From the IMG/VR virus record IMGVR_UViG_3300010998_001290: a stretch of DNA of 64,000 nucleotides; one strand, 5' to 3'. The notes beneath the pieces are model-generated. The model was not told the DNA's origin and searched no databases. It worked only from the letters and a program-made list of their open reading frames with translations. Origin of the DNA: a virus. Lineage: Duplodnaviria > Heunggongvirae > Uroviricota > Caudoviricetes. Every line of letters starts with the position of its first letter. Position 1 is the first letter of the stretch. Shown piece after piece: positions 10,258 to 19,504 of the stretch. A program made the position numbers and the translations under genes.

Positions 10258-10328
10258 CTTAATGACATTGTATAGCACCCGCCGGTTCACATGAACTGAC
10301 GGGGCTTTTTATTTTCAAAATAAAATAT

Positions 10329-10335
10329 CATACTA
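10329..10335 (+). promoter_or_regulatory. CATACTA -10-like promoter element
   Basis: 'atatCATACTAttatt' after a T-tract. Confidence 0.45.
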
Positions 10336-10388
10336 TTATTATACAACCTAAACGAAGGTTGCAAAATGTACGGTAAAGGAGCATTATA

Positions 10389-10955
10389 ATGTTTAAGAAG
10401 AACGAAATCAAGAAGGCTCTTCATACAATATGTAAGAGCGAAACAATCAGCAAATCTATTCTTTCCGGTAAAACAGACGCCGAACAGTCCGATGCGGCGT
10501 TTATCAAAGGATATTCGGCTAAGATGTACTCAGACGAACTTTACGAATTCCTTAACGATGAGGCAATATCAGAACTTAAGTGTATAGAGTTTGGCGACAC
10601 TGCTGACCTTGGTGTTCTCGGCGAATGTGTATCTCACACCAATACATCTGTTAATCTGAATACTGAAATGTATGGCAACAGTAACAGAGTAGAGCGCGTC
10701 TGCAAGATAGGAACATCGAGCAAGACGGGTAGTGGTGAAACTGAAGAGACCGACGCGTTCAGGGTACAGCAGGATGAAACGACTTACATTACCGAGAACG
10801 GCAATGTGCTGACAGTAAAGGAAATCACCTATATGAAGGGCAACAAGGCGCTTGTTACGGTAAGAATCCCCGATGCTGCCATCGCACCGTCCTTCAACTT
10901 GATAAGCGGGTTACTCTCGGCTGAAGACGCAGAAGCAGAAGAAGTATCAGATTGA
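10389..10955 (+). CDS. hypothetical protein
   Basis: AAAGGAG RBS. Preceded by a CATACTA promoter element. Confidence 0.6.
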   Translation: MFKKNEIKKALHTICKSETISKSILSGKTDAEQSDAAFIKGYSAKMYSDELYEFLNDEAISELKCIEFGDTADLGVLGECVSHTNTSVNLNTEMYGNSNRVERVCKIGTSSKTGSGETEETDAFRVQQDETTYITENGNVLTVKEITYMKGNKALVTVRIPDAAIAPSFNLISGLLSAEDAEAEEVSD

Positions 10956-11031
10956 GCCATTTGCCGGGGTCAATATAATCTTAATGACTAATGGAATTGA
11001 GAGTACGATAACACTTAAGTATCGGTAAGAC

Positions 11032-11120
11032 ATGGTTACAGCGGCAATAATGGTCGCGGGAATACCTGCGGCTGCGGCAGTGACGGCGTTTGAAAAGGAT
11101 TCCGGCAAATGTTCAATAGT
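11032..11120 (+). repeat. GC-rich ~90-nt non-coding element, copy 1 (homologous to 19505-19625), ending in the shared CCCCTC..GAGGGG terminator
   Basis: Blocks 'cggcaataatggtcgcgg', 'gcggcagtgacggcg', 'tttgaaaagga' align with the second copy. GC is well above the local average. Confidence 0.5.
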
Positions 11121-11146
11121 CCCCTCTTCGGAGGGGATTTTTGCTT
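11121..11146 (+). terminator. intrinsic terminator
   Basis: CCCCTC-ttcg-GAGGGG plus a T-tract. Confidence 0.7.
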
Positions 11147-11167
11147 TCCGATTTCCAAATAAACAAT

Positions 11168-11174
11168 CATACTA
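11168..11174 (+). promoter_or_regulatory. CATACTAATAGT promoter element
   Basis: After the terminator at 11121-11146. Confidence 0.55.
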
Positions 11175-11210
11175 ATAGTAAGCTTTTTAGAAAGGAAGGT
11201 TTTTAAAACT

Positions 11211-11951
11211 ATGAAAAAGCGTACAGTAGGCGCTCTTTTAGCGAGCGCTTTAATGGCAATAATGACAGTAAGCGGATGCTCAGGGCAGAGCTCGGATAGG
11301 ACTCCGACAGGAACTCTTGCATCTACGACAACAACCAAGGCTACAACAAAGGCGACGACAGAAGAAACGGAGGAAACAACCGTGGAAGTTGAAGAGACAG
11401 AGATCGAGACCGAAGCGACGATAGAGGAAGAAGAGGAAAGCGCAGAGCCTACCGAGAAGCAGGCGGAGCTTATTGCCTTCCTTATGGAAGATCTGGACGA
11501 GAACCCTAACTCAAAGGAAAATAAGACGGCAGAGCTTAAGGAGAGTGGCTGGACGGACGAAGATATTGAGTTCGCGTTTGATTATCTTCAGGTAGATTGG
11601 GGGTATGTAGCGTCTATCAAAATGTTCAGTCTTATGGCGGATACCGAAAATCTTTCCGCGCAGGCTGTAGTAAACGAACTCAGCGGGCTCGGCTTTACAA
11701 ACGAGGAAATCGAGACAGCAATCAACGATGATATGATTGACTGGCACGAACAGGCGTTCTTTGCGGCAACCTCACTTATAGAGGATGATATGTCAATGGA
11801 AGACCTTAAGAAGAAAATGGTCGAAGATTATCTGTTTACCGAAGAGGAAGCAGACTACGCAATCAAGACCCTTGAAGATTCTGATTTCAGTTTTGAGTAC
11901 GACGGCGACATAGAAATCGGGGATGTATTCTATCCCGAAGAAGAGGAATAA
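11211..11951 (+). CDS. acidic lipoprotein
   Basis: Signal peptide with lipobox 'TVSGC', Thr/Glu low-complexity linker. AAAGGAAGG RBS. Confidence 0.7.
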   Translation: MKKRTVGALLASALMAIMTVSGCSGQSSDRTPTGTLASTTTTKATTKATTEETEETTVEVEETEIETEATIEEEEESAEPTEKQAELIAFLMEDLDENPNSKENKTAELKESGWTDEDIEFAFDYLQVDWGYVASIKMFSLMADTENLSAQAVVNELSGLGFTNEEIETAINDDMIDWHEQAFFAATSLIEDDMSMEDLKKKMVEDYLFTEEEADYAIKTLEDSDFSFEYDGDIEIGDVFYPEEEE

Positions 11952-12003
11952 TTAACATTAAGCCTTCCGTTTGGAGGGCTTTTTGTTTTTGCAACTACTC
12001 TGT

Positions 12004-12010
12004 CATACTA
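12004..12010 (+). promoter_or_regulatory. extended -10-like TGtCATACTA promoter element followed by a ~165-nt leader
   Basis: 'gcaactactcTGtCATACTAtat' after a terminator. Confidence 0.55.
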
Positions 12011-12176
12011 TATAAGCAAACACTCTTGACGCTTATATGTGATGAGCCTTCCCAGCGCTCCTTTTAGGATTATTAGAGTAAGTGTAAATGAGAAGTAGTT
12101 CGCATTTTCTCAAATAATCTGTGCTCATCAATGAAGCATTGAGAAGTTTGAATAATACTTAAAGGAGGAATTAGCA

Positions 12177-13634
12177 ATGGTTAATTCAAGAAAGTCGGTT
12201 TTTACGAAAGCCGCAGCGATAGCAATGTCTATCACAATGCTTACATCAGCGTTATCGTTTGGTGTTAACGCATCAGCAGCAGACCTCGAAAGTACAGCAA
12301 CAGTTGCATCATCCGGACCTGTAGTATCGTGTCCGATTGAAGATGGTGTTCTTTACATAACTATCGAGGGCGGTCAGTGGAAACACTGGATTGAGTACGC
12401 CTCCGGCGAAGCAACATCGGGATACGGCACGCTTGATATCAAGACAATCAACGGAGTTGAAACATTCATTTATTCGGATACTGACGGAAATGTAATTCTT
12501 CAGTGGGATGAAGAGGCTCCCTCTAATTCCGGCGGCAGAGGCGATATCACTGATGGCGAAGAAGAGGAGAACGAAGAGGAGACCGGTGCGGTTGACCTCA
12601 AAATCGCGGAAAAGCTTCTGAATATGCTTTATGCAGAACAGAGTGCGTTGAGCGAGGAAGCGGGCTACTTCAACGATATGTACAAGGAACTGAAGTCGTC
12701 AATATCTGAAGCTACAACGATAAAATCAGTTCTGAGAAACACGATGTCCAACGATGAACTGGCTGACATCACAGAGTATATCAAAGCCGCTAATAAGCAG
12801 AAGACATATGCTTATAATCAGTATAAGCGTTTCAATTCTGCTGCTACAAGATGCGGGAATGAGATAAGACTTATCGAAAAACGTCTCGGCAAGAGTAATT
12901 CCGTAGTAGATGTATCCGGTGGAGAAGGCACTTCGTCTAAGAGCGCAGGCACAGGCGGTCTGTCCTTCTGGAAGAGCAGTGCTTATCAGAACGCGGCATC
13001 TAACGGCTATGGTGATGCAACAGATAAGATCGTTACATTCTCCGATGACGAAAAACTGTTCCTTAAGGCGATAAACGAGTATAAGCAGAGTTATTCCACT
13101 AAGGTTTATGCTGTAATTACAGTAAGAAGCAAGACGGAGACTTACTACCTTAAGTATTTCCCCAAGGATAAGGCTGTGTACAGAGTAACTGTAAAGGGCA
13201 CGAAGCTCAGTAATACGCCTGAATACAGTTCGGCGGATATAGCGAAGGGACTGCTCAAGAATTATAAGTTCGCTTATGATAAGCTGAAACAGATCCTTAA
13301 CTATGATTACGCGGTATATACGGCTGCTACCTCTTTCTATGAAGAAAAGGGCAAGCTGTTAAACGAGAAGTATAACGCCATAAAGGACTATAAGACGGAA
13401 CACAAAAAGGATTTTTCTGTAGCTGAACGCGAAACTGTTGATGCAATCATCAACACGTTGGGAGGCAGCGGCACACATCATTATAGGGTTATGGCTGTAA
13501 AGACCGGTAAGATATACCAATCTGGTCCCATAAGCCTTTACAAGTATGCTGCGAAGGAAGTTGAAAAGACAGCGAAATCTATGGGTGTAACGCTTACGTC
13601 TACCGCGACCTCTGGCGATACAGCTAACGGATAA
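12177..13634 (+). CDS. secreted protein, paralogue family member A
   Basis: Sec signal peptide 'AAAIAMSITMLTSALSFGVNASA'. Paralogous to 14328..15920. AAAGGAGG RBS. Confidence 0.75.
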   Translation: MVNSRKSVFTKAAAIAMSITMLTSALSFGVNASAADLESTATVASSGPVVSCPIEDGVLYITIEGGQWKHWIEYASGEATSGYGTLDIKTINGVETFIYSDTDGNVILQWDEEAPSNSGGRGDITDGEEEENEEETGAVDLKIAEKLLNMLYAEQSALSEEAGYFNDMYKELKSSISEATTIKSVLRNTMSNDELADITEYIKAANKQKTYAYNQYKRFNSAATRCGNEIRLIEKRLGKSNSVVDVSGGEGTSSKSAGTGGLSFWKSSAYQNAASNGYGDATDKIVTFSDDEKLFLKAINEYKQSYSTKVYAVITVRSKTETYYLKYFPKDKAVYRVTVKGTKLSNTPEYSSADIAKGLLKNYKFAYDKLKQILNYDYAVYTAATSFYEEKGKLLNEKYNAIKDYKTEHKKDFSVAERETVDAIINTLGGSGTHHYRVMAVKTGKIYQSGPISLYKYAAKEVEKTAKSMGVTLTSTATSGDTANG

Positions 13635-13660
13635 GGCTTTTATCACCGACATATTACAAG

Positions 13661-13690
13661 ACCCCGTTCTATACGGGGTTTTGTTTTTGC
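13661..13690 (+). terminator. intrinsic terminator
   Basis: CCCCG-ttctata-CGGGG plus TTTTGTTTTT. Confidence 0.7.
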
Positions 13691-13701
13691 AACTGCTCTG
13701 T

Positions 13702-13708
13702 CATACTA
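13702..13708 (+). promoter_or_regulatory. extended -10-like TGtCATACTA promoter element
   Basis: 'gcaactgctcTGtCATACTAat' after the terminator at 13661-13690. Confidence 0.55.
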
Positions 13709-13762
13709 ATCTCACAGGCTTTAAAGGCTTGGAATTATTTTATTATTAAGGAGGAGATAACA

Positions 13763-14209
13763 ATGGTTAATCTCAAGAAAACGGTAGCATCGCTTTTAGC
13801 GGTAACGGCAATCATTTCGTCCATGTCAGTAGGGGCAAGTGCGGCGACGGTTTATTCGTCCGGCGGCACAAGTAGCTCGTCAAGCAGCTCATCTAACTCG
13901 TCCTCCAGCAGCGGTACAAACAGCGGTTCAGGGTCAAGCTCAGGCAGCTCATGGAACGGCGGAGTATCACGCAGTTCAGGACTGAATATTGACGCCAAAA
14001 GTATGACCGGTAGCGGTACATTTAAATCACCTTATAAGGCAGTGAAGGGAACTCTTACTGTAAGAGCACCCGGCAAACTCACAAAGACCACAAAGACTAC
14101 CGTAAACGGCAGGAAGGTCACTGTTCTGACCTACAAAGGTGCTAACAGCAACGATACCGTTTATGTACAGAAGGGTTCAATACTCTACAAGTACGTACTT
14201 ACTAAGTAA
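13763..14209 (+). CDS. secreted Ser/Gly-rich protein, signal peptide related to the flanking paralogues
   Basis: Signal peptide 'LLAVTAIISSMSVGASAATVYSSG' matches 14328's 'LTSALSVGASAATIYSSG'. AAGGAGGAG RBS. Confidence 0.7.
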   Translation: MVNLKKTVASLLAVTAIISSMSVGASAATVYSSGGTSSSSSSSSNSSSSSGTNSGSGSSSGSSWNGGVSRSSGLNIDAKSMTGSGTFKSPYKAVKGTLTVRAPGKLTKTTKTTVNGRKVTVLTYKGANSNDTVYVQKGSILYKYVLTK

Positions 14210-14267
14210 ATCATAACACAAACAAAGCTCCTCCTCTGAGGGGCTTTTGTTTTTTGTATTAGTCTGT

Positions 14268-14294
14268 CATACTAATACATGCGAATGATGACAT
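14268..14294 (+). promoter_or_regulatory. TGtCATACTA promoter element plus the 16-bp perfect palindrome CGAATGATGACATTCG
   Basis: The palindrome begins 5 nt after the -10-like element. Confidence 0.5.
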
Positions 14295-14327
14295 TCGTAT
14301 ACATTATTAAAGAAGGAGGAGTTAACG

Positions 14328-15920
14328 ATGGTTACTTCAAAGAAAAACGCGATGATAAGAGCGGCGGCTATAGCTATGTCTTTGACGATGCTTACATCTG
14401 CTTTATCTGTCGGAGCAAGCGCGGCAACTATCTATTCAAGTGGTTCTGCTTCAAGTTCAAACAACGAATCAAGAGACAATGATATTGGACCTGCAATCAT
14501 TGCTTTCCCGTTAGCGGAAGGTGTTCTCCATATCACTACGGGGAATTCGACAGGTTCTTGGACGCAGCATTGGATAGAAGCTTATCCGGAAGGGGCTATG
14601 TCGGCAGACGAGCTTTATGTCCTCACACAAGTGGAAGGCAATAAGGGTATTGATTATGCGCTTACCGATCCTTCGGGCAATATCGTTCAGCAATGGACGG
14701 AAGAGTATTCCTATCCTACAGGGGGCGTACTCGAAGCAGAGGCGATAGAACTTACTGAAGAGGAAGCCGAAAGGATTACAAGTTCCTTAAGGAAAGACTA
14801 TGCAGCGGCCGGAGAGATCGATAACGAGCTCGGTTATCAGCTTCTCGATGCTCTTTACGAGGAACAGACGGTATTGACAAAAGCTGTAAACTTCTATAAG
14901 GAGTTATCAACCTCGCGCAGGGAATCGGCAAAGGGCGCGGCTAATGTCAAGGTAAAGCTTTCAGCGGCGCTTTCCAGTGCTCAGAAGAACGACCTTACAG
15001 ATTACATCAACAATTGTAATAAGGAAGCGTCATACTTCACGAGACGGGCAACCACGCTTAATAGTATGCTTTCTCAGACAAAAACGGAGATAAAGAGACT
15101 TACAAAGGCTCTGGGCAACATCTCTAAGAAATATGGCTCCGGTGACGAAAAAGAGTATTTTATTCCGGTGTATGGCGGCTTAAGTGAGAATATAGACACT
15201 TCTACAACAAGAATGAGCAACGATGGCTACTTCGCATTCTGGAACAGCTATCATATAGGTAATGCTCTCGGAGTTGACACAAGCTCAGGAATGTATCTCG
15301 TTATAGGCAAGCCGATAGTAGGTATTTCGGGGGATATGGCACTTCTCTTAGCACTTTGCAACAATCCCGGCAAGCCTTATGACCTTACGAACTCAAAAGG
15401 TGAGACTGTTTATGTTGCTTACATAGGCGGCAAGGTCTATAATGTGGACGCAAAGGGCAAAAAGCTCAGCAAGAAGGAAGCATTTGACATCAGCGATACC
15501 GTTAAGCATATCGTAGGTCGTTATTCCTTAAGCAGCAGCGAGGCAGCTCTTAACGCTTCACTTGAGGAAAAGCTGGTCTATGAGACGGCGGCGGACTTCT
15601 ATAAGACAAAATCCGAAGAAATCAAGGAAATTGTATCTCTTCTGAAGAAGTATAAGAACGATAATTCCAAGACATTATCTTCTACCGACAAATCTAAGCT
15701 TACAGCTTATATTAACGCTTATAACAGCTCAGCAACCTACTTCACGAGAAGAAAGAACTCGTACACAAGTATGTCGAAGACGGCGAATACTGAGGCAAAG
15801 AGACTTTCTAAGCTTCTTGAGGTAACAGGCGACAGTTCCGGCAAGACAGGCGACTTCGGCTTCTGGAAGACGGCTCTTACAGAGGGAAGATTCGTTCCGA
15901 CATATATGTACGCTTCGTAA
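14328..15920 (+). CDS. secreted protein, paralogue family member B, with an internal duplication
   Basis: Signal peptide almost identical to 12177's. Internal repeats 'YINNCNKEASYFTRR' and 'YINAYNSSATYFTRR'. GAAGGAGGAG RBS. Confidence 0.75.
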   Translation: MVTSKKNAMIRAAAIAMSLTMLTSALSVGASAATIYSSGSASSSNNESRDNDIGPAIIAFPLAEGVLHITTGNSTGSWTQHWIEAYPEGAMSADELYVLTQVEGNKGIDYALTDPSGNIVQQWTEEYSYPTGGVLEAEAIELTEEEAERITSSLRKDYAAAGEIDNELGYQLLDALYEEQTVLTKAVNFYKELSTSRRESAKGAANVKVKLSAALSSAQKNDLTDYINNCNKEASYFTRRATTLNSMLSQTKTEIKRLTKALGNISKKYGSGDEKEYFIPVYGGLSENIDTSTTRMSNDGYFAFWNSYHIGNALGVDTSSGMYLVIGKPIVGISGDMALLLALCNNPGKPYDLTNSKGETVYVAYIGGKVYNVDAKGKKLSKKEAFDISDTVKHIVGRYSLSSSEAALNASLEEKLVYETAADFYKTKSEEIKEIVSLLKKYKNDNSKTLSSTDKSKLTAYINAYNSSATYFTRRKNSYTSMSKTANTEAKRLSKLLEVTGDSSGKTGDFGFWKTALTEGRFVPTYMYAS

Positions 15921-15945
15921 GCGGCTACTATACGAATGAAATAAC

Positions 15946-15976
15946 AGAGCTTTGTGAACGCAAGGCTCTGTTTTTC
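15946..15976 (+). terminator. intrinsic terminator
   Basis: CAGAGC-tttgtgaacgcaag-GCTCTG plus TTTTTCTT. Confidence 0.65.
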
Positions 15977-15977
15977 T

Positions 15978-16058
15978 TGTGTACGAAAGACATAAGTTTC
16001 CATTTTTACCTCTGAACTATCATACTATTATTAGAATCATTATCTGAGACGAACGGAG
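15978..16058 (+). promoter_or_regulatory. full tripartite cassette: TGTGTACGAAAGACATAAGTTT, 21 nt, CATACTA, 20 nt, GACGAACGGAG
   Basis: All three boxes present, after the terminator at 15946-15976. Confidence 0.6.
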
Positions 16059-16126
16059 TTTCTGATATGGTTTGACAAGATTATCTTAAGGATAACAATT
16101 TTAATTCAAGAAAGGAAAGAAAGATT

Positions 16127-16786
16127 ATGAACTACGAAATGCCTATACGCTTTTTTGACGCACAGGGCGGAAGAGTATTCTCGCTTATCGGAGAGATAAA
16201 CGAATCTGTGTACGAAAACAGGGCGAAAATCATCGACAAGAGGCTGTACGACATTCCGACTGTAAACGAAGGGGCTACAGCTAAACTCTCAAATGAACTT
16301 TCTGCAAAGGATAGGAGCTGGATAACAGAGCTTTTCACAGTAAAGTTCATTTATTGGGCAAAGAAGGGTATCCTTGGTGTAGCAGGAGCCGCTGCTGAGA
16401 TAGAAAATTTCAGCGTTCCTTCAAGCGCAGTCATCTTCCAGAACGGATACGACCGCGATTATGCGTGCGAGTCTTATCCTAAACTTCCGTTCTTTCAGGT
16501 TATGATCCAGAGGAACAGGGAGCTTTCGGTCGAAGATATACGTCGGATTGCCAACAGAACCGCCGATGAAAGCGAGGACTACGTCAACATCGTCGTGCGT
16601 GATACATATCTCTACGATTGTATCGAAAGCGAACTCGAAATTCCTGCTATCATCGCCGGAACAGAAGGCGAAAGCTTTGAAACTATCAGCATCAATGCTC
16701 TTAACAGCTTTGATAAGGTCAAGACCGTAGAAAAGATGGTCTATGACTACATCTATCGTGAGCAGTTAAGACGCGAGCTTAAGTAA
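16127..16786 (+). CDS. hypothetical protein
   Basis: AAAGGAAAG RBS region. Preceded by a full tripartite promoter cassette. Confidence 0.6.
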   Translation: MNYEMPIRFFDAQGGRVFSLIGEINESVYENRAKIIDKRLYDIPTVNEGATAKLSNELSAKDRSWITELFTVKFIYWAKKGILGVAGAAAEIENFSVPSSAVIFQNGYDRDYACESYPKLPFFQVMIQRNRELSVEDIRRIANRTADESEDYVNIVVRDTYLYDCIESELEIPAIIAGTEGESFETISINALNSFDKVKTVEKMVYDYIYREQLRRELK

Positions 16787-16796
16787 TGGGGGTTAT

Positions 16797-17456
16797 ATGA
16801 ACTGTAATAAGAAAATTGATAACGGGATAATAAAGCTTACACGCCCTGAGCTTCAGGAAAACGAGCGATATTGTCCCGCTTGTGATGGCTACGGCTATGT
16901 AATGAACGGATATGGGTGGTTTCAGCCTTGCCCTAAATGCGATTGGGGCAAAGTCTACTTATGCCCTCATGGAAATATGACAAGCAATGTCAATAACTGT
17001 TCCTGCTTCTTATGTGTCAAAGACCGTAACGAAAAAAGCTTTAAAAGCCAAATTAAGATCACAAAAGCCAGACCTCTCGAAGAAGTACCTGAAGATGAGA
17101 AGATAATGTTCTTCTCGGAATATATGGGTGAGTATGGCGACTATTTCAGTGACATTGAAGAGCTGGTCGATTACTGTTTGACCAACAGCAAGGATATTCC
17201 TGATTATGTGTGGCCGACGGTGAAGAGTACTATTGCAACTGAGCTTAACGCATATAGCATCATTGAGGAGGCGTGTGAAAACTTACACACAGATGCGATG
17301 GATTTCATATCCAATGATGATATTAAGGCTCTTGACACAAAGCTTCAGGAATGGGCAAGTGGTATAACCGGCACTGAAACCTATTATCAGCTCGATTATT
17401 ACCGCATAGATATAAAAGATGCGGTAAAAGAGATACTTGAGAGAAGAAAGGACTAA
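16797..17456 (+). CDS. hypothetical protein with a DnaJ-CR-like zinc finger (CxxCxGxG) and extra Cys clusters
   Basis: 'CPACDGYGYV...CPKCDWG...CPHG'. GGGGG RBS. Confidence 0.6.
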   Translation: MNCNKKIDNGIIKLTRPELQENERYCPACDGYGYVMNGYGWFQPCPKCDWGKVYLCPHGNMTSNVNNCSCFLCVKDRNEKSFKSQIKITKARPLEEVPEDEKIMFFSEYMGEYGDYFSDIEELVDYCLTNSKDIPDYVWPTVKSTIATELNAYSIIEEACENLHTDAMDFISNDDIKALDTKLQEWASGITGTETYYQLDYYRIDIKDAVKEILERRKD

Positions 17457-17461
17457 GACGA

Positions 17462-17707
17462 ATGCTTTCGGAAAGACTTCATGAATTGAGAAAGATTAAA
17501 AACCTTACACAGAATGAAGCTGCTGAAGCGATGGGCATTGTATCAAGAACATATGGCGGTTACGAGCGCGGAGAAAGGGAGCCTGATATCAAAACAATGA
17601 TAAAAATGGCTGATTATTTCAACTGCACCCTTGACTACCTTGTAGGAAGATCATTTAAGCCCAAATATGTTGTAAAGGTAAAGGTCAGAAAGTCAAAAAA
17701 GAGGTGA
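17462..17707 (+). CDS. XRE-family helix-turn-helix transcriptional regulator
   Basis: 'LRKIKNLTQNEAAEAMGIVSRTYGGYERGEREPDIKTMIKMADYFNCTLDYLVGR' is the canonical Cro/C1-type HTH. Confidence 0.85.
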   Translation: MLSERLHELRKIKNLTQNEAAEAMGIVSRTYGGYERGEREPDIKTMIKMADYFNCTLDYLVGRSFKPKYVVKVKVRKSKKR

Positions 17708-17719
17708 AAATCAGAAAGA

Positions 17720-18175
17720 ATGGAAACACTTGAAGCGAGAAAAGCTAAAGCAGCAACTCTCTTGAAGAACATAAAGAACGAGTATGAAGTCGAAATCCAA
17801 CAGGTATGTACAGAACTTAAAGCCGGGTACGAACAGGCAGACGATATACAAAGCGTTGTTGATGAGGCTCAATGGATAATGTGCCTTGATTGGGTCAAGA
17901 AACAAATCATTGACCGCGAAGGCGATATGTTTTGGGCTTTTCAAAGAGGTTATGAAGACGGAAATTATCTGTTTTGGATTGATGATGACGACATTATGAT
18001 GATGTTAGCCCTCAAAGATAAGTGGATAAGAAAACTGTTCTTTGTGACAATGCTTGAGTGCGGAAGCATTTACGGTTTAACCGATGTGAATGAAACATCC
18101 ATCGGGCGACTAATGTTTACTGCTCTTGATGCAGTAATGTATAAGCAAAATACGGAAATCTTTCAAATCGTCTGA
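17720..18175 (+). CDS. hypothetical protein
   Basis: AGAGGTGA RBS region. Continuous ORF. Confidence 0.55.
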   Translation: METLEARKAKAATLLKNIKNEYEVEIQQVCTELKAGYEQADDIQSVVDEAQWIMCLDWVKKQIIDREGDMFWAFQRGYEDGNYLFWIDDDDIMMMLALKDKWIRKLFFVTMLECGSIYGLTDVNETSIGRLMFTALDAVMYKQNTEIFQIV

Positions 18176-18200
18176 GCTAATCAGGAAGGAGAATATAATA

Positions 18201-18737
18201 ATGAACAATGAAGTAACATACGCAAACAGAATGACAGTAGGTCAGCTTGCCGATGAGCTTAAGAAGCACAACCCGGAATTATATGTGGTTGTTTCCCAGA
18301 GTAAAGGAAGCTACACATTTTTACAGTCGATTTCGGTTGAGCACGACGACAACGAGGATATAAAGGACGTTCTCGCTCTCACGGCTAATCCTATGACCTT
18401 TGTTGACGGCAAGCCTGTCACAACAGGGGGAGTTAAGTACAAAATCGGCAAGGATGGCGCTCTCGTGTTAGGCAAGGAAGGCGAAGACTCCGAAAGCGAC
18501 GCTATAGCCGCTCGTATCAATGAGCTTGAGGACAATTATCTCGCTCAGGGAGCTGAGCTGGAAATCGATTGGGACGATGACCGTAAGGCGTGGATGGCGA
18601 TGAACTATTACAGTGCTATGGGTCAGGCTTCTCCTATCGAAGATAAAGACGGCAATCCCATAATCGCTTTCTCTGGGGTAAACCACAGCCTTGCTATCAA
18701 TGTTCTTGACAACTTCGAGATATACTATGTTTATTAA
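18201..18737 (+). CDS. hypothetical protein
   Basis: GGAAGGAG RBS. Confidence 0.6.
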   Translation: MNNEVTYANRMTVGQLADELKKHNPELYVVVSQSKGSYTFLQSISVEHDDNEDIKDVLALTANPMTFVDGKPVTTGGVKYKIGKDGALVLGKEGEDSESDAIAARINELEDNYLAQGAELEIDWDDDRKAWMAMNYYSAMGQASPIEDKDGNPIIAFSGVNHSLAINVLDNFEIYYVY

Positions 18738-18813
18738 AGATCATCTATGGTAATACCATATCAACTTCAAAGACCCCTTGTATAAGGGGTTTTTGTTTTT
18801 CTTGGGCAACAAT

Positions 18814-18820
18814 CATACTA
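18814..18820 (+). promoter_or_regulatory. CATACTAATAGT promoter element
   Basis: After the terminator at 18772-18800. Confidence 0.55.
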
Positions 18821-18866
18821 ATAGTAGCAGGGAAACCTGAAATCAACAAGAAGGAGGAAAACGGCA

Positions 18867-19004
18867 ATGGTTAAGTCCAATAAGGTCAAGGCAGCGCTCA
18901 TCGGCGGAGCTATTGTGCTTGTAGTTGCGGCGGCAGCTGTATTTGCAGGAACAATGGGCGTTGAGATGCCCAAGGCGGTGCTTGCCAGCATTTGTCCTAA
19001 GTAA
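18867..19004 (+). CDS. small hydrophobic (single-TM) peptide, 45 aa; not in the ORF track
   Basis: GAAGGAGGAAAA RBS 7 nt before ATG 18867. 'MVKSNKVKAALIGGAIVLVVAAAAVFAGTMGVEMPKAVLASICPK'. Sits between a promoter element and a terminator. Confidence 0.55.
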   Translation: MVKSNKVKAALIGGAIVLVVAAAAVFAGTMGVEMPKAVLASICPK

Positions 19005-19072
19005 ATTGCTCAATTTCAGAGTGATTGTTAACCCCTCCGAGCGAGGGGTTTTTGTTTTCTCTTCTAAACTGT

Positions 19073-19110
19073 CATACTATGTTTATGAGAATCGAATAAG
19101 ACGAATGGAG
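19073..19110 (+). promoter_or_regulatory. TGtCATACTA plus GACGAATGGAG cassette
   Basis: After the terminator at 19032-19058. Confidence 0.6.
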
Positions 19111-19153
19111 TTTTATTACGGTTCTTAATAATCAGAAAGGAAAGGTAATTGTT

Positions 19154-19468
19154 ATGATCAAAACAATTGACAATGTGAATGTCACCATCAATGGCGATGA
19201 TACCATGTCTGACGAGGAAGTAAAGGCTTACATCGACCGTGGTCGCGAGCAGAAGAAGCATATGAAGCTTCTCGAAATCGAGGTTACAGTAGACGGCGAT
19301 GAAGTTGACCTCAAGTACAGATATGAAGATCAGCCTTTTGAACGCATCCGCAGAATAACGGGTTATCTGGTCGGAACACTTGACCGCTTTAACAACGCAA
19401 AACGCGCTGAGGTCAACGACAGAGTAAAGCATACTATTCAGGATGACTGCGAGGACGTTTACATCTAA
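19154..19468 (+). CDS. hypothetical protein
   Basis: AAAGGAAAGG RBS. Preceded by a CATACTA plus GACGAATGGAG cassette. Confidence 0.6.
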   Translation: MIKTIDNVNVTINGDDTMSDEEVKAYIDRGREQKKHMKLLEIEVTVDGDEVDLKYRYEDQPFERIRRITGYLVGTLDRFNNAKRAEVNDRVKHTIQDDCEDVYI

Positions 19469-19504
19469 ACAGAAGAAGAAATACAGACGAATAAGGAACT
19501 GAAA

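Noticed and set aside
11032-11175. 47-aa hydrophobic small ORF (MVTAAIMVAGIPAAAAV...) inside GC-rich element copy 1
   Set aside because: It runs through the terminator hairpin and stops inside the CATACTA promoter. The homologous copy at 19505 has stops in all frames. It was kept only as a non-coding repeat.
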